In this document: piece by piece, positions 11,669-24,297 of the stretch
How positions within the stretch are numbered: position 1 is the stretch's first letter
Layout of the letters: each line of letters begins with the position of its first letter
From: Eledone cirrhosa
Taxonomy: Eukaryota
Direction: 5' to 3'
NCBI GenBank assembly: GCA_964016885.1
Contig: OZ024740.1
Coordinates: 357,430,001-357,494,000, forward strand
DNA length: 64,000 nt
Program-made: the position numbers and the translations under genes
Notes under the pieces: generated by a model
The model's database searches: none
Seen by the model: the letters and a program-made list of their open reading frames with translations, nothing else
What the model was told of the DNA's origin: nothing

Positions 11669-12060
11669 CTAGGGGATGGCTGTATTGGAGCCACACCTCG
11701 TGGACAAAACTTCAAAAGCATTCCCACGGACTATAGCCAGCAACAGCCACCCCAACTTGTGGGGCTCCTTCCTCAAACAGGCCACCAACGTTCCGATCTT
11801 GCAGAGGAGCTCGACAGTGCAGGGTCCAAATATGCATGAGGTTTCAAGAGCGATTGGTGCGAAGAGGAAGCAGCCAGACGATCCCCAGTATTTGTTTATC
11901 TTCCTTTCTTCTGCATAGCAGGCTGCAGTACCAGGGTTTTGGGCTGAAGCGACTAAGTTGGAGGCAGAGAATATGTCACAACATGTGGCGTCCCAGATGA
12001 GGGATCTACCTCTTTCGAATGGGAAGAGTGTGATTCCAATGGGGGTGTTTTCCGTCTCCA
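11669..12060 (-). mobile_element. 3' fragment of CRE-type non-LTR retrotransposon (restriction-like endonuclease domain)
   Basis: P.GITLFPFERGRSLIWDATCCD...AA.YAEERKINKY...FAPIALETS...LAIVRGNA matches the REL motif (RPDG..L.WD.T...AE..K..KY...GNA) of CRE elements. Confidence 0.8.
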
Positions 12061-12127
12061 AAGTCCCTAAAGATAAAAGGAAAGATATAAAAAGCAAAAT
12101 GTTCTAATGAAGATAGCCATTACTTAC

Positions 12128-12236
12128 CCATCTACACTGGTATCCACCATATAGTCAAACTCCAATTCTGACTCTGTGTAGTAGTTGATTTCTGATATAG
12201 TGAGGAGGATGATGATGATAAATGTAATGATTGAGA
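12128..12236 (-). CDS. ERGIC2: ERGIC2 coding exon 2 (109 nt, first TM helix)
   Basis: tttgtag|TCTCA...GATGG|gtaagt. Translates VSIITFIIIILLTISEINYYTESELEFDYMVDTSVDG. Confidence 0.95.
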
Positions 12237-12644
12237 CTACAAACAAGAGAGAGAGAGGGGAGACAATCATCAATTATACAATGATGCTGGCTCTTCTATA
12301 GAAATTATAAGTTATATATATATCAATGTTCTACTAATGTAATAGTTAATATGTTGGTGTAGTTAACAGAAGGTAGATAATTTGATTTCAATCAAAGAAA
12401 ACATTGCAGATTCTTTTAAAAATATGGCAGCAGAGATGGCTGTGACTAGATAGATTTAGATATTTTGGTTTAAATCTCATCAAATATTCATATCAATTCA
12501 GCTAACTACACAAACCAACTTATCATACACCATATGGAATTTCCACCTACTCCTTTCTTGCCTATTAAGTACAGCCATTTCTACACACATTAATTTCATT
12601 TTGAACTATCTTTATGAAATACAAAATTTTATGTTTAATATTCC

Positions 12645-12678
<34 letters not shown>

Positions 12679-12778
12679 TATATAGATATTCTTGAAATAA
12701 TTCTTCCTAGCATAAAAATGGCAGTCATCCTACAAAGTTTAATATATGAATCATGAGCAAATATAACATACTACATAC

Positions 12779-12893
12779 CTCCACCACCAGTGGCAGTAGT
12801 TTCTTTGTAATTCTCAGGAATTTTGGGGAATGCATCAAGCTCCTTAACAACTTTCAAGGTTTGTTTCCTATTAACAACGTTCAAACGTCTCAT
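12779..12893 (-). CDS. ERGIC2: ERGIC2 first coding exon (exon spans 12779-12928, ATG at 12893)
   Basis: tttcag| acceptor at 12929 and AAAATG start. Translates MRRLNVVNRKQTLKVVKELDAFPKIPENYKETTATGGG|gtatgt (cf. MRRLNRKKTLSLVKELDAFPKVPE). Confidence 0.96.
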
Positions 12894-13259
12894 TTTGTTT
12901 ATAGTTAAGAAAATATATCACAAAAATCCTGAAATAATTAGAAACAAAAACCAGAAATTAATGCTTATATTAAACATCTGTTAAAATTGAATACGAAATA
13001 TGTAAAAACAGAAATAAAGAATTACATAAAAAGGTGATTGATGCTGTTGTTGAGTAACTCCATTCAATTTTGCATGAGTTGACCTATGGCATTAAGACAG
13101 CTTATATATTTACAAATATAATACGTTTAGCATAAAAGTCATCTTTTTTACTAAAATCCATTGTTTTACTTTCTCTTTTTTTTTTTTTTTTTATTTTTTT
13201 ATTGTATGGAGATAATCATCCTGCTTTTCTTGTAAGTTATATTATTCTAAGATTTATGG

Positions 13260-13482
13260 TTTCACCCATTAGCATTTACATTATTCTATATATGATATAT
13301 TTTCATGATAAAAGCTTTGCCTTACATAATTATCTCACATAATATCAAATCTATGATATTTTGATATTATTTATTTTGAGAACCTTAACATCAATATGAA
13401 TGGGCCAGTTACAGCCAGTTTGAAGGGAAAGAGGTGAGAGAATTCTGGCCAGATACAGCAAGTTTAAATGCTAAAGTGTTAA
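13260..13482. mobile_element. piggyBac-like MITE
   Basis: Same family as 22482-22712; ...AAATGCTAAAG(T/G)GTTAA end. Confidence 0.65.
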
Positions 13483-13544
13483 ACACATGGCCTTTCATTT
13501 TATATGTAGAAACATTTCTGTGAAGGAGCAGATTAAACAAATAC

Positions 13545-14562
13545 AAGTAGCAGTAAGTGCCCACAGAATACTAGCTCATTCCATTGCACAGATGGTTCTA
13601 TAGAAATAGTGGACACCTTCCGTTACCTGGGTGACAAAATCAGCAGTGGGGGAGGGTGCTCTGAAAGTACAGTAGCTAGAGTCAGAACGGGATGGAAAAA
13701 GTTCAGAGAGTTTATACCACTATTGGCCGCTAAAGGGTTCTCTCTAAAAATGAAAGGCAGGCTGTATGATGCCTGCATACGAACAGCAATGTTACATGGC
13801 AGTGAGACCTGGGCATTGTGTGCAGAGGATATACGCAGACTGGAGAAGAACGAAGCTTGCATGCTCCGCTGGATGTGTAATAGTAATATACGTGAACGGC
13901 AAAGCATAAACGAACTAAGGGAGAAATTAGGAATAAGAGGGATCAGATGTTGTTTACTCGAGAGAAGACTACGTTGGTACGGTCACGTGATGCGCATGAA
14001 AGACGACAGCTGTATAAAAAAATGCAGGGCGATAAAAATAGACAATAGCCACGGAGTAGGCAGACCCAGAAAAACCTGGGATGACTTGATAAATTCCGAC
14101 CTTACACACTTACACCTCTCCAAGACAATGTCACTGGACCGAGATCTTTGGCGCTACACAGTAATACAGAAGACCCGCCTTGCCTAAGTACAAAGCGAAA
14201 CCTACAGTCAGTAGGCACCTCTAACAAAAATACACCCCCGTCCCACTACCCTCACCCCATCCACACCACCCCCTTCAATGTGAAGTTATGTTGGTACCAC
14301 AACATCCAGTCCGAAACAAATGAGGTCGTGTAGGTGTCACGACAAAATACACACAGTTCATGCTGTAATGTGGCCGTGTAAGTAACACGGTAAAAACCTC
14401 CCAGTCCACACTGTAAACGTGGTTGGTGTTAGGAAGGGCATCGAGCCGTAGAAAACCCGCCAGACAGTCCTATACAAGCAGGACAACCAATCTTGCCTCA
14501 AGTGGGAAAACTCCCGTCCAAACCCATGCAAGCGTGGAAGATGGACGTTAAATGATGATGAT
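13545..14562 (+). mobile_element. 5'-truncated RTE LINE (same family as 1938-4719)
   Basis: ORF 13609-14187 is nearly identical to the C-terminus of the 796-aa ORF, with the same 3' UTR and (GAT)n tail. Confidence 0.93.
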
Positions 14563-17534
14563 AAGTTTTTTCAGTCTTCTATGAGGTTGATGTGCAAGAA
14601 AACAGCTGGGTACACTTAAACCTACTATTACAATAAAAAAATAAGTAATAAGTATTCTAGAGCAAAGTCTGGTTCCAGGCTATGTTTATAAGATTCTCTA
14701 CTGAAATCAACAGGATAATCTTTTCAACAAGAGACCCTTTATATGTTCACTAAATCTGCAAGAATACTAGCCAAATTTCCATCACATCCTACAATCTTAA
14801 GGGTATGTTGGATAATATAGTCAGGCACAGGGCACACAATATCTGAAATACTCATGACAGGAATGCCTTTAATTGTAGGTTCAATGAACCAGGATTAATC
14901 CCCAGCACCAATTAGAGAGTGCCAGGCATAGTATTTACCAGGGGTGCTAGGCACTATTAAAAAAAAAAAAAAAAAGAATTATGAAAAACACATTGAATTT
15001 GTGTATATATCTTTCAGTTGTCTCATACATATAAATGAACACAGCCTTGTACATTCAGTACAGTTTGTGATATTTAATGATACTACAATATTTTTACACA
15101 TATTACCAGGGTGCTTTTGATTATCTATTTTGATTATCTATGTCAGTGTTAATCATCCACTGAGATATGAATGAAGATGAAATTAAGGTACGTGTCAGCA
15201 AATAATCATCCAGAAAGTGAGGAAAAAGAAGTCTATCCGGATTTTCCATTTTATGAACTGTTTGTATAATTAATTTAGTGGATTAGTAGAGTCATTATAT
15301 TGCTGAATAAAATGTTTTGCGGTATTGAATTATGACCCTGTACTTTCTGAGTTCAAATCCCATCAAGGTCAACTTTGAATTTCATCCTTCTGGCAGCTGA
15401 TAAAATAAGGTACCAGTAAAGTACTGGGGTTGATTTAATCAACTTGCCCTTCTTCTGAATTATTGACCTTGTGCCTAAATTATAAATCATTATTAATTTA
15501 GCTAAGAGTGGTGGATTGGCTGTATCAGTAGAGCATCTGACACCATGCTTTACAGCATAGAGTTATGGTCCTTTACGTTCTGAGTTCAAATCCCACCAAG
15601 GTTAGTTTTACCTTTTATCCTTACAGGGTCAATAAAACAAAGTACCAGTAAAGTACTGCGATCGATTGAATCAACTTTCCCTTCTCTTAAATTATAAATC
15701 CTTATTAATTTAGCTAGCTATCAACCTCGCCAATAAACAAAATCATCAACATTTCAAGCTATCTATTCAAGATATCAATCAATCCACCTAACTAGTTGTC
15801 AACTAGTTTTCCCATCAAGCAATCATTAGAGCAAGCTTGCTAGCTGTTAGTATCTGTTAATCTAACCACAATGTCATGTGGTTATAGAAATCATCAAAAG
15901 AAAAAGAAAAAATGAATCTGACAGTTATTAGAGGGTTCAGTTAGGTGCCTTTGAGTGTTCTGGATCTCTGCACTCTGAGTTCAAATCTTGCAGCGGTCAA
16001 CTATGCCTTTCATCCTTTAGGGGTCAATAAATAAAGTACCAATGCAGAGTAGTGGATAGACAAAATTGCTAGAGCATCAGATGGCATTACAGTATCTATT
16101 CTGCTGTGTGTTCTGAGTTCAGATCATGCCACTAGTCACCAGAAAAATTGTAATTAAGTCATTTATAACCATCATTTTAATTTTTAAAAACTGCCTATGG
16201 TTTGGGAAACAATCAAGAATTTGGAGGGAATTAGTAATATAACTTTCTCATTATAACAGGTTTTTAGATAGATACTTATAGTCTGAAGATAAAGTAGTGA
16301 ATTGGCAGAGTTGTAAAGGCAATGGACTGAAAATGCCTCAGTATTGGTTCCAGCTCACTGCACTCCAAGTTCAAATCCTGCCAAAGACAACTTTACCTTT
16401 CATTCTTTTGTACCAGTCCAGTACTAAAGTCAATTCTTCCTCCCCCTAGAAGAAATTGGTTATGTTATAAACTGAAGAGAGATGGGTTCCATCAGGTTTG
16501 AAATTCCTAAGACATGCTGTGTGTCAGGATGGTGCTCCTATAATTCCATCAAGAGTTAAGGGCCATTTACCATTACTTTATTTTTAATAATCAGATGGTA
16601 TATCAAAACAGTGGCCATGACAAAGTGGGAAAGGATTATTCTTAGGCTCAGATGCAAGTTAATTTTAGACACAACCATTGTATACTCCTGAGTTGCATTG
16701 GATCTGAGATCATATACTGGAACTAAAACATGAATCTTTTGGTGGAGTCAAACACAGAATACATGAGACTTTATTCATAACTACAAAGAGTGATGGTGGA
16801 ATGACCACTGAGACATATGTGTAGTCCGCTGATTTAATCTGTCTAACTCTTAACATCCACAAATGATCTAGCAGAAAAAAATCTATAAAATCGTTTGTTA
16901 ATTCAAATGTTTACAGTATCTTTATGTGTGGTTAAATCGTTGTGAAAATGTTTTTACATTATTAGAATAGAGACTTAAGTGTTTGAATGATGAAGTTACA
17001 GTACTATTTTGCTAATGTGTTTTTAAGTGGTACAAGATGTTACATAAAAACCTAATGATCCCAAAATGAAACAAATGTTATAACAACATTTGGTTAGTGA
17101 CCATAACTCTTCCACAGTGTAACCATCACGTCTATTGTATTATTTTGTAATCATATACATTATTAAGTATCAAAATATTTGGTCATACATTTACGACTTC
17201 GTTATTTTAAATCTACTTAAGCAGTATCAGCGACCAAGAGGCGAATGTACGACGAAAGGCATTTATACTTAATAGAATATATAATTACAAAATAATAACT
17301 GTTTCTACTTTAGGTACAAGGCCAGAAAATACCCAGTACATTACTGGTACTTTATTTTATCGACCCCGTAAGGATGAAAGGCAAAGTTAACCTCGGCGGG
17401 ATTTGAACTCAGACTGTAATAATAATAACTTACAAAATAATAACAAGACGAAGATAGATACAGCAGTGTATTTGTTCCTTTTAGGAATATGACTCTAACC
17501 AGATGCAGCACATACACAAATATACACTCAAACA

Positions 17535-17610
<76 letters not shown>

Positions 17611-18448
17611 TGGGGGTATTACCTTGGTTAATATAAATATATAATTGTTTCTACTTTTGGCACAAGGCCAGCAATTACTCCGTGCATTACTGGTACTTTA
17701 TTTTATCAACCCCGTAAGGATGAAAGGCAAAGTTAACCTCGGCGGGATTTGAACTCAAATGTTAGTACATAAATAGATGAAAATTCGTATGCTAGTCAAC
17801 GAAAATGGAGGCATTATTGTGATTCGAAGAATCACATTCATAAATGAAAATAACACCTGTTTGTCACAAAACCTTATCCATACATCTCCAATATTAATTA
17901 GTAACAGCCAAATTACTATAATTAGCAATTTTGACAAACTTATGACACAAGCCGGACATAGACGTATGCACATGACTCGGTGATCACCGGTCTTTCGGTT
18001 GTGAATAAAACCCTCGTTTGTTCAGGGTTTTATCCCTACATTTTTCTTCCCCTTCATTCAAGTGCTCAAAATAGGTTTCTTTTTTTGTTTACACTATTAT
18101 GCTCTCAGTCCACCTTATGGACCGGACCCTCCAGTGAAATACATACACATCAAAAGGACAGCTTATTCACCCAGCCACATAAATATCAATCAAAATGTTA
18201 TAGTTGTTTTTTAATAATTACTTTTATATTCAATATAATTCATAATCGTATCTATATTTAATCTCAATAATGTTCACACATTTCTGTGGTATAGAAATAG
18301 TTATTTTCTATTTGTTAAATCTATAGTGCTTTCAAGCGTCAAACTACAACTCAGTCGAATTGACTTAAAGTGGTTGAGATAGTCTGAATTTATTTTAAAA
18401 ACAACAATTACTATACCACCATAATAATATTATATTATCATAACTCAC

Positions 18449-18600
18449 CGGTATTTTGAATTAAAGCCTGGTAAGGCATGTGTCTGAAGCCGTTAATAAA
18501 TACAAAACCGGCCAGCGGAAAATATCAGCTTGTTGACATAAATATGTATTTTACACGTCACCATTTTGAAACAGGGGGAATAACTTACCTTAAACTTCTG
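18449..18600 (-). promoter_or_regulatory. ERGIC2: Probable ERGIC2 non-coding exon 1 and promoter
   Basis: The first coding exon has an acceptor upstream of its ATG, so an earlier exon is required. Strong donor CG|gtgagt at 18448, local CpG enrichment, YY1-like CAAAATGG at 18561-18568. The TSS position is a guess. Confidence 0.55.
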
Positions 18601-19267
18601 TAAATTGAAAAAAAAAAACTTTCTGGAATGAAAAAGAAATTAAGATTCCTTCATTTTCAGTTTTTCATTTATCCCCGATTTGTTAGTTGTCGTATTTAAA
18701 TAAAATTGAAATATTTTCGTAAGCCGTAATCGAATAGGATTCAAAAATACATAATTGATATTAAGATACAAGCTTGATTTGTTAGTTCCAAAAAATGATA
18801 AATTGACTCAGAGAGTTTGGAACAATTTACAATCAAAATATTTTTCCGGTTCTCTTTTTGTTAATTTGGTAAATATTCAATATATCACCTACTTTCTACG
18901 AGTGCCACATTTTCTAAGTAATGGGTTCATGCTTTGCCAGTGCTCAGCATTGGTAGCTTACTTAATCGGGATGATCTTCCCATTTTTATTGCTCTCAGAA
19001 TCCAAGGTAATTTATGTGGATGGATAGAAGGGTTGATGTGGTACGGCCAGGACCAGCGCTACCATTATAGCCATGCTGCAACGTGGGAGAGGGTGGTATG
19101 TTGTTATGACCTGTCAAATGATTTGGCGTAGGTGAGTGTGAACTGTGTAGTGGAAAATGTGGGCTTAGTAATTTTAGTGTGGTCAGAGCAAAACGTGTCA
19201 AGAACACTAGGTTCGACAGCTTACCAAACTAAGTTGAAGTTTTATTTGGCAGAACAAAATGCACCTT

Positions 19268-19422
19268 GTAGAGTAAGCTAATGGTGCTAAATACCCAGTT
19301 ACACACAGTAGAGCTAGCTTAGGGTGCTAAATCCCAGGTACACACAGTTGAGCTAGAGTAGAGTGCTTAATACCTAGGTACACATTGTAGAGCTAGCTTA
19401 GAGTACTAAATACCCAGGCACG
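19268..19422. repeat. Minisatellite, ~39-40 bp x 4
   Basis: Unit ~GTAGAGCTAGCTTAGGGTGCTAAATACCCAGGTACACACA. Confidence 0.85.
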
Positions 19423-20879
19423 AGCTCTGAGGAAGTCTTGATTCTGGAGTCTTTATGGATTGTCATGTCAATACAGGTTACTTTGCTCTCTACACTAAAT
19501 TGAAATTAATTATAAAATGAGCCCTTGCAATATTCTGGAGTTGGTTTGATTGCCCAAGGGTGATAGAAAGAGACCCAATGAACTTATCCTTTGCTCATGG
19601 GCTAGTGGTCGATGCCTCATATAATATCACTGGTAATAGCTCTTTTGCTCCATTCCATGTGAGTAGAGTTTACATATTCAGAGTCTAATCGTATAAGTTA
19701 CTGAAATACTGCAATTTGTTAGTAAATTATATTTTTTAGCTCTTTCAGTTCCTTTCACTGAAGTATCAAGTGATTTCATCAAGGTGCTTGGCTGTTGCAG
19801 CACCCAAATCTTGCGCTTACCCTTGATAATGTCATGTGTATTTTGAATCGTATCAATAATGTTTAGAGGGAAAGACCAGTATTCCCTGTTGTAGTGTGTA
19901 ATTCAGGAAGGGTGCATACCTTTTCTTCTTTTCTTTCAGACTAATCTTTATTGTTATTGTCCCTTTGCTTTGTTAGTCATATGTGTATGCTTTTCAAAAC
20001 TTTTCAAGTAATTTAGATACAAACTCAAAGCAAAGTTTCTTAGATATTTGAATTTCATATGAAATTATTTTGTTTTTACTGTAGTTTTACTAGTTCAAAT
20101 TGTATTTCCAGTCTTGAAAGTTCCTTTTGATTTGGTGCCTTTGTCCAGTCCTGATTTTTAAAAACAGCCAGGCTTATCAATATGAAAATGTAATTAAAAA
20201 AAAAAATTTTTTAATAATTAAATCAAAATTCTCATCATTGAATGTAATCCTTATTACTCTCTAGAACGTTGTGAAATATTTTCGTTGAATCAACATAATT
20301 ATCATAATCATCATTGTCTTTATGTCTACTTTTCCATGCAGCCATGGGTTGATAAATGTGTTTTAAGACAATGTTTTACATCTGGATGTCCTTCCTGAGA
20401 CCAATCATTTTAGTTTTATCTTATGACATGCAGGGGTACAGTGTATCTATTCTAAACACGGGGATACATGTTAAGAATAAATATAAGAGGCTTTAGCAAA
20501 ACATGTCAGGTGTAATAGCAGATGTGTCAAATAGCTATGTCCTAAATTCATCTCACCAGAAAATAACCACCACTCTTTAGAATCAAACCACTTTATTTAT
20601 GTCATTAATACCTTTGAAAAGGCATAAATTCGGCAATCTCCCATTTCACTTTCTAATAATCTAAAGTCTAAGCTAATGTAACAAACTCTATGTTAGGTAA
20701 TTCTATGTAATATAAGATTAAGAGAATGAATATTATTGAAAAGTGGAGCTCAACTAAAAACTTTACATTATGCAACTTTCAATATCCCACTATTTCAAGT
20801 TCAAATATTGCTTTGTTTCAATAAGTTAACCAGAAGAAAGGAGGCAATGTCCATGACCTTTGAATACTAATTAGGAAGT

Positions 20880-21260
20880 TATGCCTGATGCCCAACTGAC
20901 TCCCCATTATTTTCATCTCCAACATTTTAAAGGTGATAGAGACAGTTATTAACGACTATTTTCTCAAACAAGTTGAGTTCTTTCCCTTCTTAATACAAGA
21001 GTCTACAAAAGCTATAGGCATGAGCCCTTCTTCCAGAGTAATCTAAAATGTAAACTACAGCTTTTGTAAAGTTAGATCCACAAGAGACCTCATCTATGTC
21101 ACTTACCAATGGGTTCCTATTAATGATAAATTTGGGTGAAAACAGTATTGTTGCACTTGACACAAGCAATGCATTCAACCATGTCTGGTATGTAAATCAT
21201 CTAATTAAATTGCCTGTATATGGAGTCCATCCATTTCTCATTTCTTAGATCAAAGGCTAA
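20880..21260 (+). pseudogene. Decayed CR1/Jockey-type LINE RT fragment
   Basis: Remnants ..ISNILKVIETVIN.. and VALDTSNAFNHVWY..LIKLPVYG (cf. LDISKAFDRVWH..LL.KL..YG). Confidence 0.6.
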
Positions 21261-22481
21261 ATGCTATGTGCTATCTTGTATCTGTTTTCTGGAGGATCTC
21301 AATGATCATTGAATTTAGTGACTCCCAGAAATTAACCTACTTACTTACACATGAGAAATGTCAAGATTAATTTAATAGAACAATGAGTTAGTAAAAAATA
21401 GAGAAACCCAGATTAAATAACATAAAGTAACTTTGTTAGGAGTTCAAATTCCACTGAGTTGTCTTTGCCTTTCAGACATTGATTTGGAAGCCCGTTGAAT
21501 AAACTGTATGTGCATATCAATAGGTAAACTTTCCAGTACACTGTGTCATGTTAATTCTGCTTGAAATGACTTTAAGAGTACATGTGTCTATGGAATATTC
21601 AACTTTTTTTTGCAATCTTATTCCATGGGCAAGCCATTTCGTTTGGAACACCTATTGTTAAAACCAACAGATTTCTATTTACATTTTTTGCATTCCTAAA
21701 AGCAATAGCAAACATTCCTTTAATAGTAAAAAAAACATTATTTTTCTAGCAAATATGATATAAAAACAGACCAATGGATACATGGTTGGATGGATGAACA
21801 GATAGAAAGATATATAAACTAGCAGTATACAGAAAGACAGATGCATAGATAGATGGCTTTGAAATAAGCCATGGTACATACTATTTCCAAGCCTTATACT
21901 ATCTATCTGCCAGAAAACTTATTTGAGTTGGTACATTATGATAGCCAAGTTATATGTTTACTATCCCCGTAGAAATTGGTATACACAGAAGTAACCCACA
22001 CATCTAAATATTGGGAAAATGTTAGCAATATTCACAAAAATATTTGAAATTTGAGACAATACATATGTGTATGTTAGCTTTTGAAGATGGCAGATCACTT
22101 TCAGATGATGCATTTAAATAAGGAAAACAAATATGTTCATTGATTGAAAGGTATATATAAAGTCTAATCTTAATGTGAGTTTTTTTTATGTTGCCATCTC
22201 ATATTTAAATAATGAATGAAGACTTCTTACAATATATCTTTTAACATAACAAAGAACTGCCACATACAGTTAGAGACAATTTTATTATAGAAGCTGTGCA
22301 AAAAGGCACAGAAACTGTTAGAATGAAAGAATATGAAATTATTCTTAAGATTTTTTCCCGTGTGTAAAAATATAGTAAAACATTGTGTCTATATGACTGT
22401 TGAAAAGATGATAATCTCGCCCAAGTAGATCAGAGCAGGATTTGAATTCAGAATTCAAATGAATAAAGGAATTCTAGTCTT

Positions 22482-22712
22482 TTAACCCTTAAGCATTTAC
22501 ATTACTCTATATTTACTATTGTATTTTCATGGTAAACACTTTATCTCACATACTTATCTCACATTATATCGAATCTATGAGATTTTGATATATTATTTAT
22601 TTTGAGAACAATACCTTAACATAAGTATGAACAACCAGTTATGGCTGATTTGAACAGAAAGAAGGGAAAGAATTCTGGCTGGATATAGCTGGTTTAAACG
22701 TTAAAGGGTTAA
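22482..22712. mobile_element. piggyBac-like MITE
   Basis: TTAA-CCCTT(A)AGCATTTA ... TAAACGTTAAAGGG-TTAA. Confidence 0.8.
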
Positions 22713-22839
22713 AAGTAATTTTTATCTAAAATAAATTAAAATTTAGCTTTTGGGATTTGTATAGAATTTGCTAGTAAGCTTATTACCAAGTAGCCATATG
22801 ATGACAATAGCTGCTAAACTTATGTAGCAATCACGATCA

Positions 22840-23062
22840 TTAACTCTTTAGCATTTAAAACGGCCATATCTGGCCAGAATTCTCTCACCTCTTTCTCTTA
22901 AAACTAGCTGTAACCAGCAACTCCTACTGACGTTAAGATATTGTTCTCAAAATAACATCAAAATCTCATAAATTCGATATTATGTGAGATAATTATGTAA
23001 GATAAAGCCTTTTTCCACAATATAATAGTATATATAGAGTAATGTAAAGACTAAAGGGTTAA
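22840..23062. mobile_element. piggyBac-like MITE, inverted relative to 22482-22712
   Basis: TTAA-CTCTTTAGCATTTAAA ... CTAAAGGG-TTAA. The body is the reverse complement of the neighbouring copy. Confidence 0.8.
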
Positions 23063-23337
23063 CATAGGCTCTCCAAAACCACACAATTTTAAAAGGATGA
23101 TATCTGCTAATGAAGCCCCATCTAATCCATTTGCTTATGCAATTGCCGTAAATGTGTTATGCATTTGTCCATATATACAGCTAAATATAGCAGAAACCAA
23201 CAGTGATCAAGATAAATGAATTTTCCCAAGGTATTTATTGATGTTATTCTCTGTCTGATTTCTACATGACATCTATGCATTCTGATGAGGCTCTTTCAGT
23301 ATCAAATTAAAGTTGCTGTTCTAAGACAAGGATGATA

Positions 23338-23632
23338 TTATCATCATCATTATCATTTTACGTCCGCTTTTCCCTACTTGCAAAGGTGGGATGGTCCTAT
23401 TCAGCACAGCATCTCTCCACTTGTCACGGTCCTTCGTCATCTCCTCCGTGAGCTTCAGCGATCTGAGGTCTGCTCTCACCACCTTCACCCATGTTTTTTG
23501 TGGTCTTCTTCTACTGCGTTTTCCTTCTACTGGGATTTCTTGGCACTTCTTTACCCAGCGGTCATCCTCCATGTGCATCACATGTCCATACCATCTCAGT
23601 CTTCTCTCCTGCACACTACAACTTATCCTTCT
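23338..23632 (-). mobile_element. RTE LINE 3' fragment (family of 46035-46630)
   Basis: ERRLRWYGHVMHMEDDRWVKKC...RPQKTW; (ATG)n tail. Confidence 0.88.
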
Positions 23633-24265
23633 TAAACACATATATATTTCCCTTTTTTAAATATATATATATATATATATACACCCTTTACTTTTGTAAA
23701 TGTATATGTGTGTACATATGTATGTATGTGTGCTTGTTGTGTATTTAGATGTGTAGGTGTATGGTGATGTAGCTGTGTAGTGTGTATGTGCCCACAAGTG
23801 AGTAGATGTTATTATGTGTGTGTGTGTCTGTGTGTATGTGTGTATGCGTGTGTGTGACCTAGATGTTTGAAACTGTACTTCTCACCTAAAGATTTTTTTT
23901 TATTGACAACTGTTGCAACAAACATTGTATATAAAGAAAAACTGTTTGCTTTCAAACAAAATGCAACGCTTCAGTGAACTCCTCTTAGGTCTGTTTCATT
24001 TTTTTTTACTGCATCACCCATTTTTCTATACTATATAATATTAATTGATATAATATATGTTTGTGTGGGGGAGATGGGAGTATATCTTTTATCTTTGCTC
24101 TATATGTGAACACCTGCAAGTGTGTGTTTGTGTGTGAGAGAGAGGTATTACTGAGGACATATATAGTTTTATACATATGTACACACATATATACATATAA
24201 ATATATATATATGTTAGTTAGGTGTGTAACAACAGTAACAGGTGACTCTTTTAAATATATATATA

Positions 24266-24297
<32 letters not shown>

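Noticed and set aside
19268-19422. CRISPR-like periodic repeat
   Set aside because: Units are contiguous with no unique spacers, there are no cas genes, and the context is eukaryotic.
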